Source: a bacterium
GTDB taxonomy: Bacteria; Patescibacteriota; Saccharimonadia; CAILAD01; BJGX01
Direction: 5' to 3'
DNA length: 64,000 bases
Assembly: GCA_029778565.1 (NCBI GenBank)
Contig: JAKOQC010000510.1
Location: forward strand, 18,838 to 82,837
This document shows, piece by piece, positions 46,176 to 55,168 of the stretch. Made by a program: the position numbers and the translations under genes. Each line of letters opens with the position of its first letter. Position 1 is the stretch's first letter. The notes under the pieces are model-generated. The model did not search any database. It was not told where the DNA came from and worked only from the letters and a program-made list of their open reading frames with translations.

Positions 46176-47464
46176 TACATCTTCATTTCATCAAATGCCC
46201 AACTAAGTACCTCTAGCATATCGGCGTAATTTATATTAGTACCCGGGCTATATAGATAAAGTACATTATCAACAACTTCAATATTTACTTCAAAGTCGAG
46301 TGCATAAATGCGCTCCATAAAGTTTGTAGCCAGTAACTCGAAGCTGGTAGCTTGGTCTTGGTTGGCCACCCAAACAGCAAACTTATTATTAAACTCTACA
46401 CTTTCAGTCTCTATCTTATTCAGCCCCTTCATTTTTGGCTTAAAGTTATACCAGCTCTTCTCAGTCACAAGAATGTCGTCATAGCTTTTAGGTAAAATTG
46501 CCTGCGCAACAGTAATGGGCTGCAAACCTGCACCAGCCTTCGGCTCGTAGGTATAAAACTCGACAATCTTAGCTTTCTGACCCTTGCCATAATACCCAAT
46601 AACATGGTTATTAATATCAGCATTCCCAAAGCCCTGGGGGCCAAAAATTGCTCCTCTTGTTGGCATCATCAGCCAACCAAAGTCAGGATCGTAATAAAAT
46701 CCATTACTTGAGGCAAAACTTGCAATATTCGCATCCACTTTACTAGCTTCGGCAGTAGTTTCATCAATTTTATCTAAAACATAGTTTTTGCCAGACTTAA
46801 CAAATGTCCATATTTCACTAAACGGATTAGTATCGGTAAAGATAACTGAATTATTATTTGCCGTATCTATTAGTTTATCTTCTGCGCGTGCTTGAAAGAA
46901 TATTCTAAAGCCATTACTATAATCCTCACTTTTACCCAAATAAGTACCGAGAATCGCTACATTATCCATAAGATTTTGGCGTTTGTAGTTTTGTAAGACG
47001 TTAAGCTCGAGTACCATTTTTTTGTAATATTCTTGGCTGGTTACACTTTGCATTAACTTAAGATCGAAGTTTGCCCAAGCTTTCTGAAAATCGATAAATA
47101 CTTTATTGGCAGCCTTCACTAGCTTCTTTTCTTCTTCGCTGGCGTCTTTCTTTGTATTAGGGTCAATAAATCCTGCGGGTACAGCCGACATACTACCCTT
47201 TTTGCTGCTAGATTTGCTCATCCAAATAATAAGAATGATTATTATTATCGGTACACCAAAGCTTAAAAACAGTATCCAGACCAAACCCCAGCCTGTCGCG
47301 CTCGATCCAGAACCCGATGAGCTGCCATAGTATGATGAGCTAGACGAATGGCTCGACCCACCAGAAAAACTACCGCCAGACGAGTGTCCGCCCGAGCTAC
47401 TTCCACCTCCGCCACCACGGGCTAATAAGAAATGGTTACCGACCTGATCTAATGAATATGACAT
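46175..47464 (-). CDS. Membrane-anchored protein with Gly/Ser-rich N-terminus (possible Tim44-like/NTF2-like domain)
   Basis: GGGGGSSSGGHSSGGSFSGGSSHSSSSS..., one TM helix, then a globular domain of about 330 aa. Confidence 0.5.
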   Translation of the reverse strand: MSYSLDQVGNHFLLARGGGGGSSSGGHSSGGSFSGGSSHSSSSSYYGSSSGSGSSATGWGLVWILFLSFGVPIIIIILIIWMSKSSSKKGSMSAVPAGFIDPNTKKDASEEEKKLVKAANKVFIDFQKAWANFDLKLMQSVTSQEYYKKMVLELNVLQNYKRQNLMDNVAILGTYLGKSEDYSNGFRIFFQARAEDKLIDTANNNSVIFTDTNPFSEIWTFVKSGKNYVLDKIDETTAEASKVDANIASFASSNGFYYDPDFGWLMMPTRGAIFGPQGFGNADINNHVIGYYGKGQKAKIVEFYTYEPKAGAGLQPITVAQAILPKSYDDILVTEKSWYNFKPKMKGLNKIETESVEFNNKFAVWVANQDQATSFELLATNFMERIYALDFEVNIEVVDNVLYLYSPGTNINYADMLEVLSWAFDEMKM

Positions 47465-47491
47465 AGTGCTATTGTAGCAGTTTTACTTGGT

Positions 47492-47914
47492 CTAGCGTGA
47501 GACTTTATTGAGATATGATTGGTAATACAGTATTGGCAAACTAAACAACAGGACACTAATACCGTACGACACGAGTGCTGAGGTTGTGATTTGAGTTGTG
47601 GTGAGTGTAAGGGCAGTGTTGGTAAGACCAAAGACAAAGCCTACTACCACACTAATAATTACTGGCGCAAAGAAAGCCAACCATGTATTTAATGCACCTT
47701 TTGTTACCACAGACATAGCCTTACAAAAACGGTAAAACCACCAGATATTAATAATTGGAATAAAGAACCAGAGAAAGAAAGGTACTTTATTCTCGCTAGA
47801 ATTTACTACATTCATTTCTGTTTTCGTAATAAAGAACCAGTAGATTTGATACAACGTTAAGGTAATACAATTTAGTAAAAATACTCCTATTAATGATCGA
47901 TGTTTAATTCGCAT
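47492..47914 (-). CDS. Hypothetical membrane protein (140 aa)
   Basis: Four hydrophobic segments. Confidence 0.45.
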   Translation of the reverse strand: MRIKHRSLIGVFLLNCITLTLYQIYWFFITKTEMNVVNSSENKVPFFLWFFIPIINIWWFYRFCKAMSVVTKGALNTWLAFFAPVIISVVVGFVFGLTNTALTLTTTQITTSALVSYGISVLLFSLPILYYQSYLNKVSR

Positions 47915-47967
47915 GGTTTTCTCCTTTTAATTTAATAACAAACTCCTAAGTCTCGCTTGTGCAAATA

Positions 47968-48411
47968 CTACTGATGATATTCCTCTGCATGCCAAAATGT
48001 TTTCGCCGGCACTAATTGGGTAGCAATTGGTTCTTTGAACTTGCCGATTTTATTGAGCTCTTCTATCTTAGCTTCGGCTTGTCGTTTTTGGTCGTCACTA
48101 TGATAAAAAATGACACTCCGGTAATTATCGCCTACATCTGGCCCTTGGCGGTTTACTTGTGTAGGGTCGTGGTGCTCAAAAAATAGACTAAGTAATTTTT
48201 CGTAGGTTATTTTTTGCGGATTGTATTCTATCTGTACGGTCTCTGCGTGGCCAGTGGTATGACTACAAACTTGCTCATACGTAGGATTATCTACATGGCC
48301 ACCCTCATACCCTACGGTTGTATTTATTACTCCTGGCTGTGTGCGGAATACTTCTTCGACACCCCAAAAACAGCCCCCACCAAAATCAGCTTTCTGAGTT
48401 TCTTGTTTCAT
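47968..48411 (-). CDS. msrA: Peptide-methionine (S)-S-oxide reductase
   Basis: Active-site GGGCFWG motif. 147 aa. Confidence 0.9.
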   Translation of the reverse strand: MKQETQKADFGGGCFWGVEEVFRTQPGVINTTVGYEGGHVDNPTYEQVCSHTTGHAETVQIEYNPQKITYEKLLSLFFEHHDPTQVNRQGPDVGDNYRSVIFYHSDDQKRQAEAKIEELNKIGKFKEPIATQLVPAKTFWHAEEYHQ

Positions 48412-48450
48412 CTAATCCATTATACAATAAAAGCATAAGGGAGATATTTT

Positions 48451-49104
48451 ATGGCGCTCAAAGCATTAATTTTAAATTGTACCCTCAAACCCAGTCCCTC
48501 AGTTAGTAATACCGGTGCACTTATTAAGCACGCGGTAGCTGAATATAAAAAGTTGGAAGTAGAAACAGAAGAAATTCGTGTACGTGATTACGATATTAAA
48601 TTTGGTGTAAGCAACGATGAGGGCAATGGCGACGAGTGGCCCAAAATTTACGAAAAAATTAAGGCGTGCAATATTTTGGTAATAGCCACACCCATATGGT
48701 TTGGGGTACGCGGTAGTGTGTGTCAAATGGTGCTAGAACGTCTTGATGGTAGTTACAGCGATGGCGATGCCATGACCGGGCAGTATCCGCTTTACAACAA
48801 GGTTGGTGCCTGTATAGTTACTGGTAATGAAGATGGCGCGCACAATATTTGTGCTAATACGCTGTTTAATCTTACACACTTAGGCTGCACTATCGCGCCA
48901 AATTCTGACAGTTACTGGGTAGGTGACGCTGGTCCTGGCCCTAGCTACATTGAGGCCGGTGGCGATAAGCATTTATATACCAACCGCACCATTCGATATC
49001 TTGCCCACAACACTACTTACATGGCGCAGTTATTACTAGACAATCCTATCCCTACCAATCTTAAGGAACTCGATAAAGAAGCTAAAAAGGTCAGTCGAGA
49101 CTAG
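48451..49104 (+). CDS. Flavodoxin-like-fold NAD(P)H-dependent oxidoreductase
   Basis: ALILNCTLKPSP...NILVIATPIWFG pattern of NAD(P)H:quinone oxidoreductase/FMN reductase. Confidence 0.55.
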   Translation: MALKALILNCTLKPSPSVSNTGALIKHAVAEYKKLEVETEEIRVRDYDIKFGVSNDEGNGDEWPKIYEKIKACNILVIATPIWFGVRGSVCQMVLERLDGSYSDGDAMTGQYPLYNKVGACIVTGNEDGAHNICANTLFNLTHLGCTIAPNSDSYWVGDAGPGPSYIEAGGDKHLYTNRTIRYLAHNTTYMAQLLLDNPIPTNLKELDKEAKKVSRD

Positions 49105-49105
49105 T

Positions 49106-49888
49106 TTATTTACCCCGTGCCTTTTCAAACATTGGGCTATTTACCTCAGACCGATTCTTATACATTTCACTCCACAGCGGAATAACATGTTTTGCCTGCT
49201 CACTTAGATAATCTTCTTTATATCCATTTCTAGCCCACACTTCGCCAGCACCTTCGCCATCTCCATAATAAACTGCAAGCATGGCGATACCCATATCAGA
49301 ATTAATATCTACACCTCGTGCTTTAATATATTTTTCATCTAAATAGTGAATGAGCCAGCAGCCATAGTCGAGATTCTGAGTAACGTCTTGCATGTTATAG
49401 TTTGCTCTATGGCGAAGTCGAGCTATTTCTTGGGCGGTAGAAGGCATTATTTGCATTAATCCTTCAGCGCCAGATGGGTTATTAATATTTTGCCCCATAC
49501 TTTCTTCGGCTACAATTGTTGCTACCAAGTATGGATCGAGCATATAGTCATTCGCTACTTGCTGAATCGTCAACCAGTTTTGCTTTACGCCAGTTGGCCA
49601 CCAAGCAGCTGGTTCTTTGCTCTGCAAGGTTTCTCCTAGCGGTTTTTTTGCCTCAATGGCTTGCTCGGCAGACATATGTTCTGCTTCTGCCCGAGCTGTG
49701 TGAGAATCTTCTGCCGATACTGATATGTCTTGACGTATTGGCTGCCGCTCGGCAACTGCAGCTTGGCCTACACCAGCTACCCCAAGAGCCGTAAGTGCAC
49801 CAACCCCCACAATACCTGCGTTACGGACACGTTTGCGCATATTCTCATCTGGTTCTGGCTCGCGGCGGAGTGGGTTTTCCATAAGCAC
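49106..49888 (-). CDS. Lytic transglycosylase (SLT domain)
   Basis: SLT catalytic region ...EESMGQ...AEGLMQIMPSTA. Confidence 0.75.
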   Translation of the reverse strand: MLMENPLRREPEPDENMRKRVRNAGIVGVGALTALGVAGVGQAAVAERQPIRQDISVSAEDSHTARAEAEHMSAEQAIEAKKPLGETLQSKEPAAWWPTGVKQNWLTIQQVANDYMLDPYLVATIVAEESMGQNINNPSGAEGLMQIMPSTAQEIARLRHRANYNMQDVTQNLDYGCWLIHYLDEKYIKARGVDINSDMGIAMLAVYYGDGEGAGEVWARNGYKEDYLSEQAKHVIPLWSEMYKNRSEVNSPMFEKARGK

Positions 49889-49897
49889 TATTATATA

Positions 49898-50500
49898 TCA
49901 GATTTTAGTAGTAGTAATTTTTACCTTTGCAGCACTGCGTCTACCATAAACAAACAATAGTAGTTCTCCAGGTAAGCCAGCAATAACCGTGTCTTTATCT
50001 GCATGCTTATTTTCTATTGTAAGTACTGCACCTGTCTGTATATTCTCTATCTGCACACTGCCCAAGTCAGCCACCAGGTCTTTGCGAATTTTGGTTATTC
50101 CATGCAGTGCCTTCCAAAGTATTTCACCAGCCTCTTTACTTGGTCTTGGTCGCTGCATTTGTAGTTCACCCCGCAAAATATCTTCATTGTGTATATAAAA
50201 CTCTGCAGTATTAGCTATAGCAGGCATCCACCAAGGGTAATGTGCAAGTTTTTTCAGAATATAGTCATGCCCTTTGGCTTTAATACTGTTAATTTTCTTG
50301 TCGTGAATGTAGTGCAAGCTCGGTAGTACTAACCCAATATCACTGTAGGTACTTCTCTCTCTGGCTACCAAATGAGCAACTATATCTTCTACTGTCCAAC
50401 CGTTACACAACGTCGATGCGTGCCATTGCTTGGGCGAAAGTTTTTGTAATAAATCTAGTGTGTACTGTCGCTCTGCTTGTACAAATTCTTTTTTGCTCAT
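49898..50500 (-). CDS. DinB_2 / mycothiol-dependent maleylpyruvate-isomerase N-terminal-domain family protein
   Basis: N-terminal LSPKQWHASTLCNGWTVEDIVAHL matches the TIGR03083-type motif. Confidence 0.5.
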   Translation of the reverse strand: MSKKEFVQAERQYTLDLLQKLSPKQWHASTLCNGWTVEDIVAHLVARERSTYSDIGLVLPSLHYIHDKKINSIKAKGHDYILKKLAHYPWWMPAIANTAEFYIHNEDILRGELQMQRPRPSKEAGEILWKALHGITKIRKDLVADLGSVQIENIQTGAVLTIENKHADKDTVIAGLPGELLLFVYGRRSAAKVKITTTKI

Positions 50501-50536
50501 ACCTATATTGTAACCAGAAATGATACAATAATACGT

Positions 50537-50923
50537 ATGAATACAAAAGAAAAAAGCAAACGGCTGGCTGAGTTAGACGAAATGGCTCGATACGTTACCC
50601 AAGAAAAAGGTACCGAGCAACCCTTTACTGGAAAATACGTTAATGAGCATAGTGATGGTACCTACCACTGTGTTGTCTGTGGTCAGAAGCTTTTTGAGTC
50701 TGGTACAAAGTTCGAAAGTGGCACTGGCTGGCCAAGTTTTGATAAAGCTGTACCCGGATCGGTAAAACTTGTTCCCGATAACAGCGCCGGTATGCAGCGA
50801 ACAGAGGTAGTATGTAGCAAATGTGGCGCTCATCTTGGACACATGTTTGAGGACGGACCAAAAGAAACTACTGGTCAACGATTTTGCATTAACAGTTGCG
50901 CGTTAAACTTGGAGAAAAAGTGA
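50537..50923 (+). CDS. msrB: Peptide-methionine (R)-S-oxide reductase
   Basis: Zn-binding CxxC pairs (CVVCGQ, CSKCGAH) and the catalytic RTEVVC context. The ORF track starts at 50477. Confidence 0.9.
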   Translation: MNTKEKSKRLAELDEMARYVTQEKGTEQPFTGKYVNEHSDGTYHCVVCGQKLFESGTKFESGTGWPSFDKAVPGSVKLVPDNSAGMQRTEVVCSKCGAHLGHMFEDGPKETTGQRFCINSCALNLEKK

Positions 50924-51471
50924 AGCTTAAGATTATTCTTTCATCGGTACGTCCCGGAAGACTTGGAGAAAGAGTTGCAAAATGGGTATGCAGCGAGCTT
51001 GACACTGCAGGTATTCAATACGATTTGCTCGATCTTAAAGATTACCCGATGCCGTTTGATGATTCATCGATTGAGCCTTTCGATCTTAATGAAAAATACC
51101 CACATAAAATTGTCCAGGCTTGGTCTAAGAAGATTAATGAGGGCAATTGTTATCTAATTATTACTCCAGAGTACAATCATGGTTACCCTGCACAACTGAA
51201 AAATGCTATCGATTGGCTTGGTATGGAGTGGTGGGGTAAGCCGGTCGGTTTTGTGAGCTATTCAACTGGTAGGATGGGTGGCTCGCGAGCCGTTGCTCAG
51301 CTGCGACAAGTATTTATTAACTTTAATATGTACGACATCCGAGCCGAAATAAATCTCCCACAAGCCGATAAAATAATTACCCCCGAGGGTAAATGTAGCG
51401 AACCAGTGCTCGCACAAAACCTACTCAAAACCGTGCAAGAACTCCAAAAACTGGCAGAAAAACTTACATAA
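50920..51471 (+). CDS. NADPH-dependent FMN reductase family protein
   Basis: LKIILSSVRPGRLGERVAKW...YLIITPEYNHGYPAQLKNAIDWL. GTG start overlaps the msrB stop (GTGA). Confidence 0.7.
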   Translation: MKLKIILSSVRPGRLGERVAKWVCSELDTAGIQYDLLDLKDYPMPFDDSSIEPFDLNEKYPHKIVQAWSKKINEGNCYLIITPEYNHGYPAQLKNAIDWLGMEWWGKPVGFVSYSTGRMGGSRAVAQLRQVFINFNMYDIRAEINLPQADKIITPEGKCSEPVLAQNLLKTVQELQKLAEKLT

Positions 51472-51862
51472 CTTGCGAAAGTTGTTCGAGAAATTTTTTA
51501 TTTGGCTTATATAAAAGTGTTTGCAAACCAGCCTTTTTAGCAGCCGAAATATTATCGCTTAAATCATCTATAAAAAGAACTTGCTCAGGTTTAAGCTCAA
51601 AGCTATTCGCCACCATCTCATAAACATCTGGCTCACTCTTGCTTACTTCTAGCTGCTCGGTTGTTTTAATAAATTGAAAATATTGCTTAAGATTTCTGTC
51701 TTTTGCCCAGTTTTCTAAATCGATATGTACTGCACTTAACAAACCAAACCCATATTTACGATTATTGGCCTGCAAAAACTCTACTATCTCCTCATTAATT
51801 CGATCTTCACGAGGAAAATACAATACATTGTAAAAATCAAACAGAATGAATTTTATTTTCAT
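51464..51862 (-). CDS. Small HAD-superfamily hydrolase
   Basis: Motif I FDFYNV (DxY/D) and motif III/IV region LFIDDLSDNISAAKKAG. Confidence 0.6.
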   Translation of the reverse strand: MKIKFILFDFYNVLYFPREDRINEEIVEFLQANNRKYGFGLLSAVHIDLENWAKDRNLKQYFQFIKTTEQLEVSKSEPDVYEMVANSFELKPEQVLFIDDLSDNISAAKKAGLQTLLYKPNKKFLEQLSQVM

Positions 51863-53676
51863 AATTCTTCTAATTGCTTAAGCCAATCTTCTACCACAGC
51901 AAAACTACCCTGCCAAAACTCTGGGTCTTCCATATCGATTCCAACATTTTCAAGGATAACGGCAGGGTCCTCAGAGCCTCCAGCTGCCAGTATCTGCTCT
52001 ATTTTGCCAACAAAACCCTCACCCTCGTCTTTGTATCGCTTATATAGAGCCATAGAGAGTAGCTCGCCAAAGCTATAGGCATAGCAATAAAACGGGGTCG
52101 AGAAAATATGTGGGATATACGCCCATTCGTACTGAAACATCTCATCTACTTCTACACTATCGCCAAATTGCTCAGCCAGGTTATTTAGCCATAATGTATT
52201 TAACACTTCTATACTAAAATCTTTTTCGCTCGCGGCATGTGCAGCAATCTCAAACTTCGTAAAATAGTTTTGTCGCATAATAGTTGCATAACTATCAAAG
52301 AGTTTTTCTGCCAGAAGCTGCTTTTTTGTTTGGTTGTCAGATGTGGTTAGGAGAGTTTTTTCGAAAACTACCATTTCGCCAAATGTAGAGGCTGTCTCCA
52401 TAAGGGGTAGATTGGCATGCATAGCACCAATGCTGTGTTTAGAGGCATAGAGCATATGTACGCCATGGCCAAGCTCATGTGCAATAGTAAATTTATCGGT
52501 CATTCTGCCGGCAAAATTTGTCATGACATAAGGAGCAATTTTAGGCCCGATACTCATACAAAACGCACCAGAGCGTTTATTAGCGCGGGGTAAGAAATCG
52601 ACATGCTGTTTTTCGATAATTATTTTGGCATAGTCTGAAAATTGCGGTGAAAACTCGCGAAAATTTTGCAAAACTTGCTCAATAGAGGGTTCTAGCTCGA
52701 TTGTTTGAGTTTCACTACCAAGAGGGGCGTAAAAATCGACCCTTTTCAGCTTAGTTTGGCCCAACTGTTCTGCCTTCCATCGAAATAGACGCTGAAAAAT
52801 TGAGGTATTTTTCTCACAAACACCCAATAGAGTTTCTATCGATTTATCACTGAGGTGATTATCAACATTGCGCATCGAAATGGGTGAAGCATAGCCACGT
52901 AATTTACTTTCATACACCCAATTTTTTACAATTGCTTGGTAAGAGACAAATAGCTTTTCGATATTTTTTTCATATTGTTCAAAACGAGACCGAAATGCCT
53001 CTTGCCTTTCGGCCGGGTCTGCCGAAAAGGTGTATCGATTCAACTCATCTATAGTGTCAATAGTACAGACTTTTTTGCCGGGTGGACAAAACTCAAAACG
53101 AAAATCACTGGTTATCATATTATAAAGATCATTCACTACCCCCACACCATTCGAGTCTTTATTGCGAATTATCAGTTCTTCTTTTTGTGGTAACGAATAC
53201 CCTGCAGCCTTACGACCAAAGTGTAGACCATATTCCAAATCGCCCGCTACCGCAAATAATCGCTTGGCGTTATCATCGTCTAGACGAGGTTTTCCTTCAA
53301 CCTCATTACCTTTTAACCACTGAGAAATGGCTATTGTGGCCGAGCTAAGCTGTAGGTCGAGATTTTTCAGTCGGGTTTTAAGTTGCATTGCCTGTTTATC
53401 TTTAATATCAGCAGACTCCATAAGCATTACCCTACCACCAAGACGAATCATATCTTCATCTATCACCTCATCAAAAGCCAAAAACTCCTCAAATACGTCA
53501 ACGCTCATATCTGGACTAAACATTTCAAAGAACTCGCTATAGCGAGGTAATCGGTTTTCTACATCCTCGAGAAGCTCTCCATAACCCTCAAGCGTTACAA
53601 TATCATCAAGATTCCAAGTTGTGGTTTTTTTCATACCTATAATTGTACCGTAGAAGAAGCTAGCGAACCACCACAA
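51859..53676 (-). CDS. pepF: Oligoendopeptidase F (M3B family)
   Basis: HEXXH zinc motif IAHELGHGVH. 605 aa with M3 architecture. Confidence 0.85.
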   Translation of the reverse strand: MWWFASFFYGTIIGMKKTTTWNLDDIVTLEGYGELLEDVENRLPRYSEFFEMFSPDMSVDVFEEFLAFDEVIDEDMIRLGGRVMLMESADIKDKQAMQLKTRLKNLDLQLSSATIAISQWLKGNEVEGKPRLDDDNAKRLFAVAGDLEYGLHFGRKAAGYSLPQKEELIIRNKDSNGVGVVNDLYNMITSDFRFEFCPPGKKVCTIDTIDELNRYTFSADPAERQEAFRSRFEQYEKNIEKLFVSYQAIVKNWVYESKLRGYASPISMRNVDNHLSDKSIETLLGVCEKNTSIFQRLFRWKAEQLGQTKLKRVDFYAPLGSETQTIELEPSIEQVLQNFREFSPQFSDYAKIIIEKQHVDFLPRANKRSGAFCMSIGPKIAPYVMTNFAGRMTDKFTIAHELGHGVHMLYASKHSIGAMHANLPLMETASTFGEMVVFEKTLLTTSDNQTKKQLLAEKLFDSYATIMRQNYFTKFEIAAHAASEKDFSIEVLNTLWLNNLAEQFGDSVEVDEMFQYEWAYIPHIFSTPFYCYAYSFGELLSMALYKRYKDEGEGFVGKIEQILAAGGSEDPAVILENVGIDMEDPEFWQGSFAVVEDWLKQLEEL

Positions 53677-53749
53677 GCCGTTTACTCGGTTCGATAAATT
53701 TTAGGCATTTTATTGTGTTTTACAATATTATATATTATAATTATATGCG

Positions 53750-53981
53750 ACTGGCCACCTATGACAGCCAGGGCACAATCAACAAAAAGCAAAAACTAAG
53801 GGCACACATGCAACACCAGCCCAACAAATGTATTCTTCTCGACTCGTCTGCTTGCCTAGACCCATACGGTCAAAGCCCACTAAGACGCACTTCCCGATGC
53901 TTTGAACCCCGTACATTCCCTCCTCAAAGGAGGTGTGTACACCACTCCTTCAGACCTAACACGTCTGAAGGCTTTTTATTT
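53750..53981 (+). ncRNA. Candidate about 230-nt small RNA (promoter-like AT-rich start, C/A-rich body, intrinsic terminator 53948-53981)
   Basis: A plus-strand oriented terminator CTTCAGAC-ctaacac-GTCTGAAG followed by GCTTTTTATTT lies in a 300-nt gap between two minus-strand genes. An internal CCTCCTCAAAGGAGG hairpin is present. There is no downstream plus-strand CDS. Confidence 0.25.
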
Positions 53982-55113
53982 AGCGGATACTTTTATAGCC
54001 GCCTGCTACTCCCTTTTTGCTCAGTACAATTTGCCAGAGTTGAGTTTGGCGAGTACGGAACAATGCAGCACAAGTAAGCAAATAGAACTCCCACATACGA
54101 TAAAATCGAATGTCATACTTTTTGTGATCTAGTTTAGGGTAAGATGCTTTAAAGTTGTTATACCAAGCAAGCAAGGTTTTGTCGTAATTTGTAGAAAGAT
54201 TATGCCAATCTTCTAAGATAAAGAGTCCCTCAAAAGCAGCAGCTAATTGTTTTACACTAGGCAAAACACCACCCGGAAAGATATATTTATCAATCCAAGG
54301 ATCGAGACTATGTGTACTCTTGTTTCCGCCAATGGTATGGAGCAACATAATTCCATCATCGGTTAAAATTTCTGCCATACGACGTAAGTATTTTTCATAA
54401 TTCTTTGGTCCAACATGCTCCATCATACCTATTGAGGCAATTCGGTCAAACTTAGTTTTACCTTTATAATCTTGCCAGGTTGAAAGAATTGGTTTTACTT
54501 TGAGACCTTTTGAATGTTTTTTAATATAGGCAATTTGTTCTTTGGCAGGTGTAAAGCAGGTTACATCACAACCATATTTTTCGGCCATATATCTCGAGAG
54601 TCCTCCCCAACCGCAACCTGGGTCGAGTACCTTCATGCCTTTCTTTAGGCCAAGCTTCTGACAAACTAACTCAAACTTATCTTCCTGAGCCTTATCGAGT
54701 GTCTTTGCACCTTTGTCCCAATAGCCACAAGTGTAAGCCATAGTATTACCGAGCATTGGCTCGTAGAGATCGTTACCAATATCATAATGTTTCTGTGCAT
54801 TTTTATATGCTCGCTTGCCCATTTGAAAATTAATGACCGAACCCTTAATAACATAGGCAGCTAAACGCCAATTCTTGGTAACTTTATCGCGCAAATCAGC
54901 CTGAAAAGCATTTTCAAAAAATCTATCAAGCTTATTGGCTGTCCACCAACCATCCATATAACTCTCGCCAATACCGAGGCTACCATGACTTAAAGCCCTA
55001 TCATAAAAACGCTCATCAGTAACTTTAATGTCTTGCGGTCTTTTACCATTTATCTTAACATCGGCTTGAGCTAGCAATTTTTTTGCTAGTTTTTTCTTTT
55101 CTGATTCTGCCAT
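53980..55113 (-). CDS. Cyclopropane-fatty-acyl-phospholipid-synthase-family SAM-dependent methyltransferase
   Basis: SAM motif VLDPGCGWGGL. Cfa/mycolic-acid-MT family C-terminal motifs. 377 aa. Confidence 0.85.
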   Translation of the reverse strand: MAESEKKKLAKKLLAQADVKINGKRPQDIKVTDERFYDRALSHGSLGIGESYMDGWWTANKLDRFFENAFQADLRDKVTKNWRLAAYVIKGSVINFQMGKRAYKNAQKHYDIGNDLYEPMLGNTMAYTCGYWDKGAKTLDKAQEDKFELVCQKLGLKKGMKVLDPGCGWGGLSRYMAEKYGCDVTCFTPAKEQIAYIKKHSKGLKVKPILSTWQDYKGKTKFDRIASIGMMEHVGPKNYEKYLRRMAEILTDDGIMLLHTIGGNKSTHSLDPWIDKYIFPGGVLPSVKQLAAAFEGLFILEDWHNLSTNYDKTLLAWYNNFKASYPKLDHKKYDIRFYRMWEFYLLTCAALFRTRQTQLWQIVLSKKGVAGGYKSIR

Positions 55114-55168
55114 AATATTCCTTTTTTATTGATATTAATATAGCATAATTTTTACAGATTACAACTGA

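Noticed and set aside
53715-54077. 120-aa plus-strand ORF in the pepF-cfa gap
   Set aside because: No RBS and a Pro/Arg/Ser-rich improbable sequence. The region is better explained by a promoter, a candidate ncRNA and a terminator.
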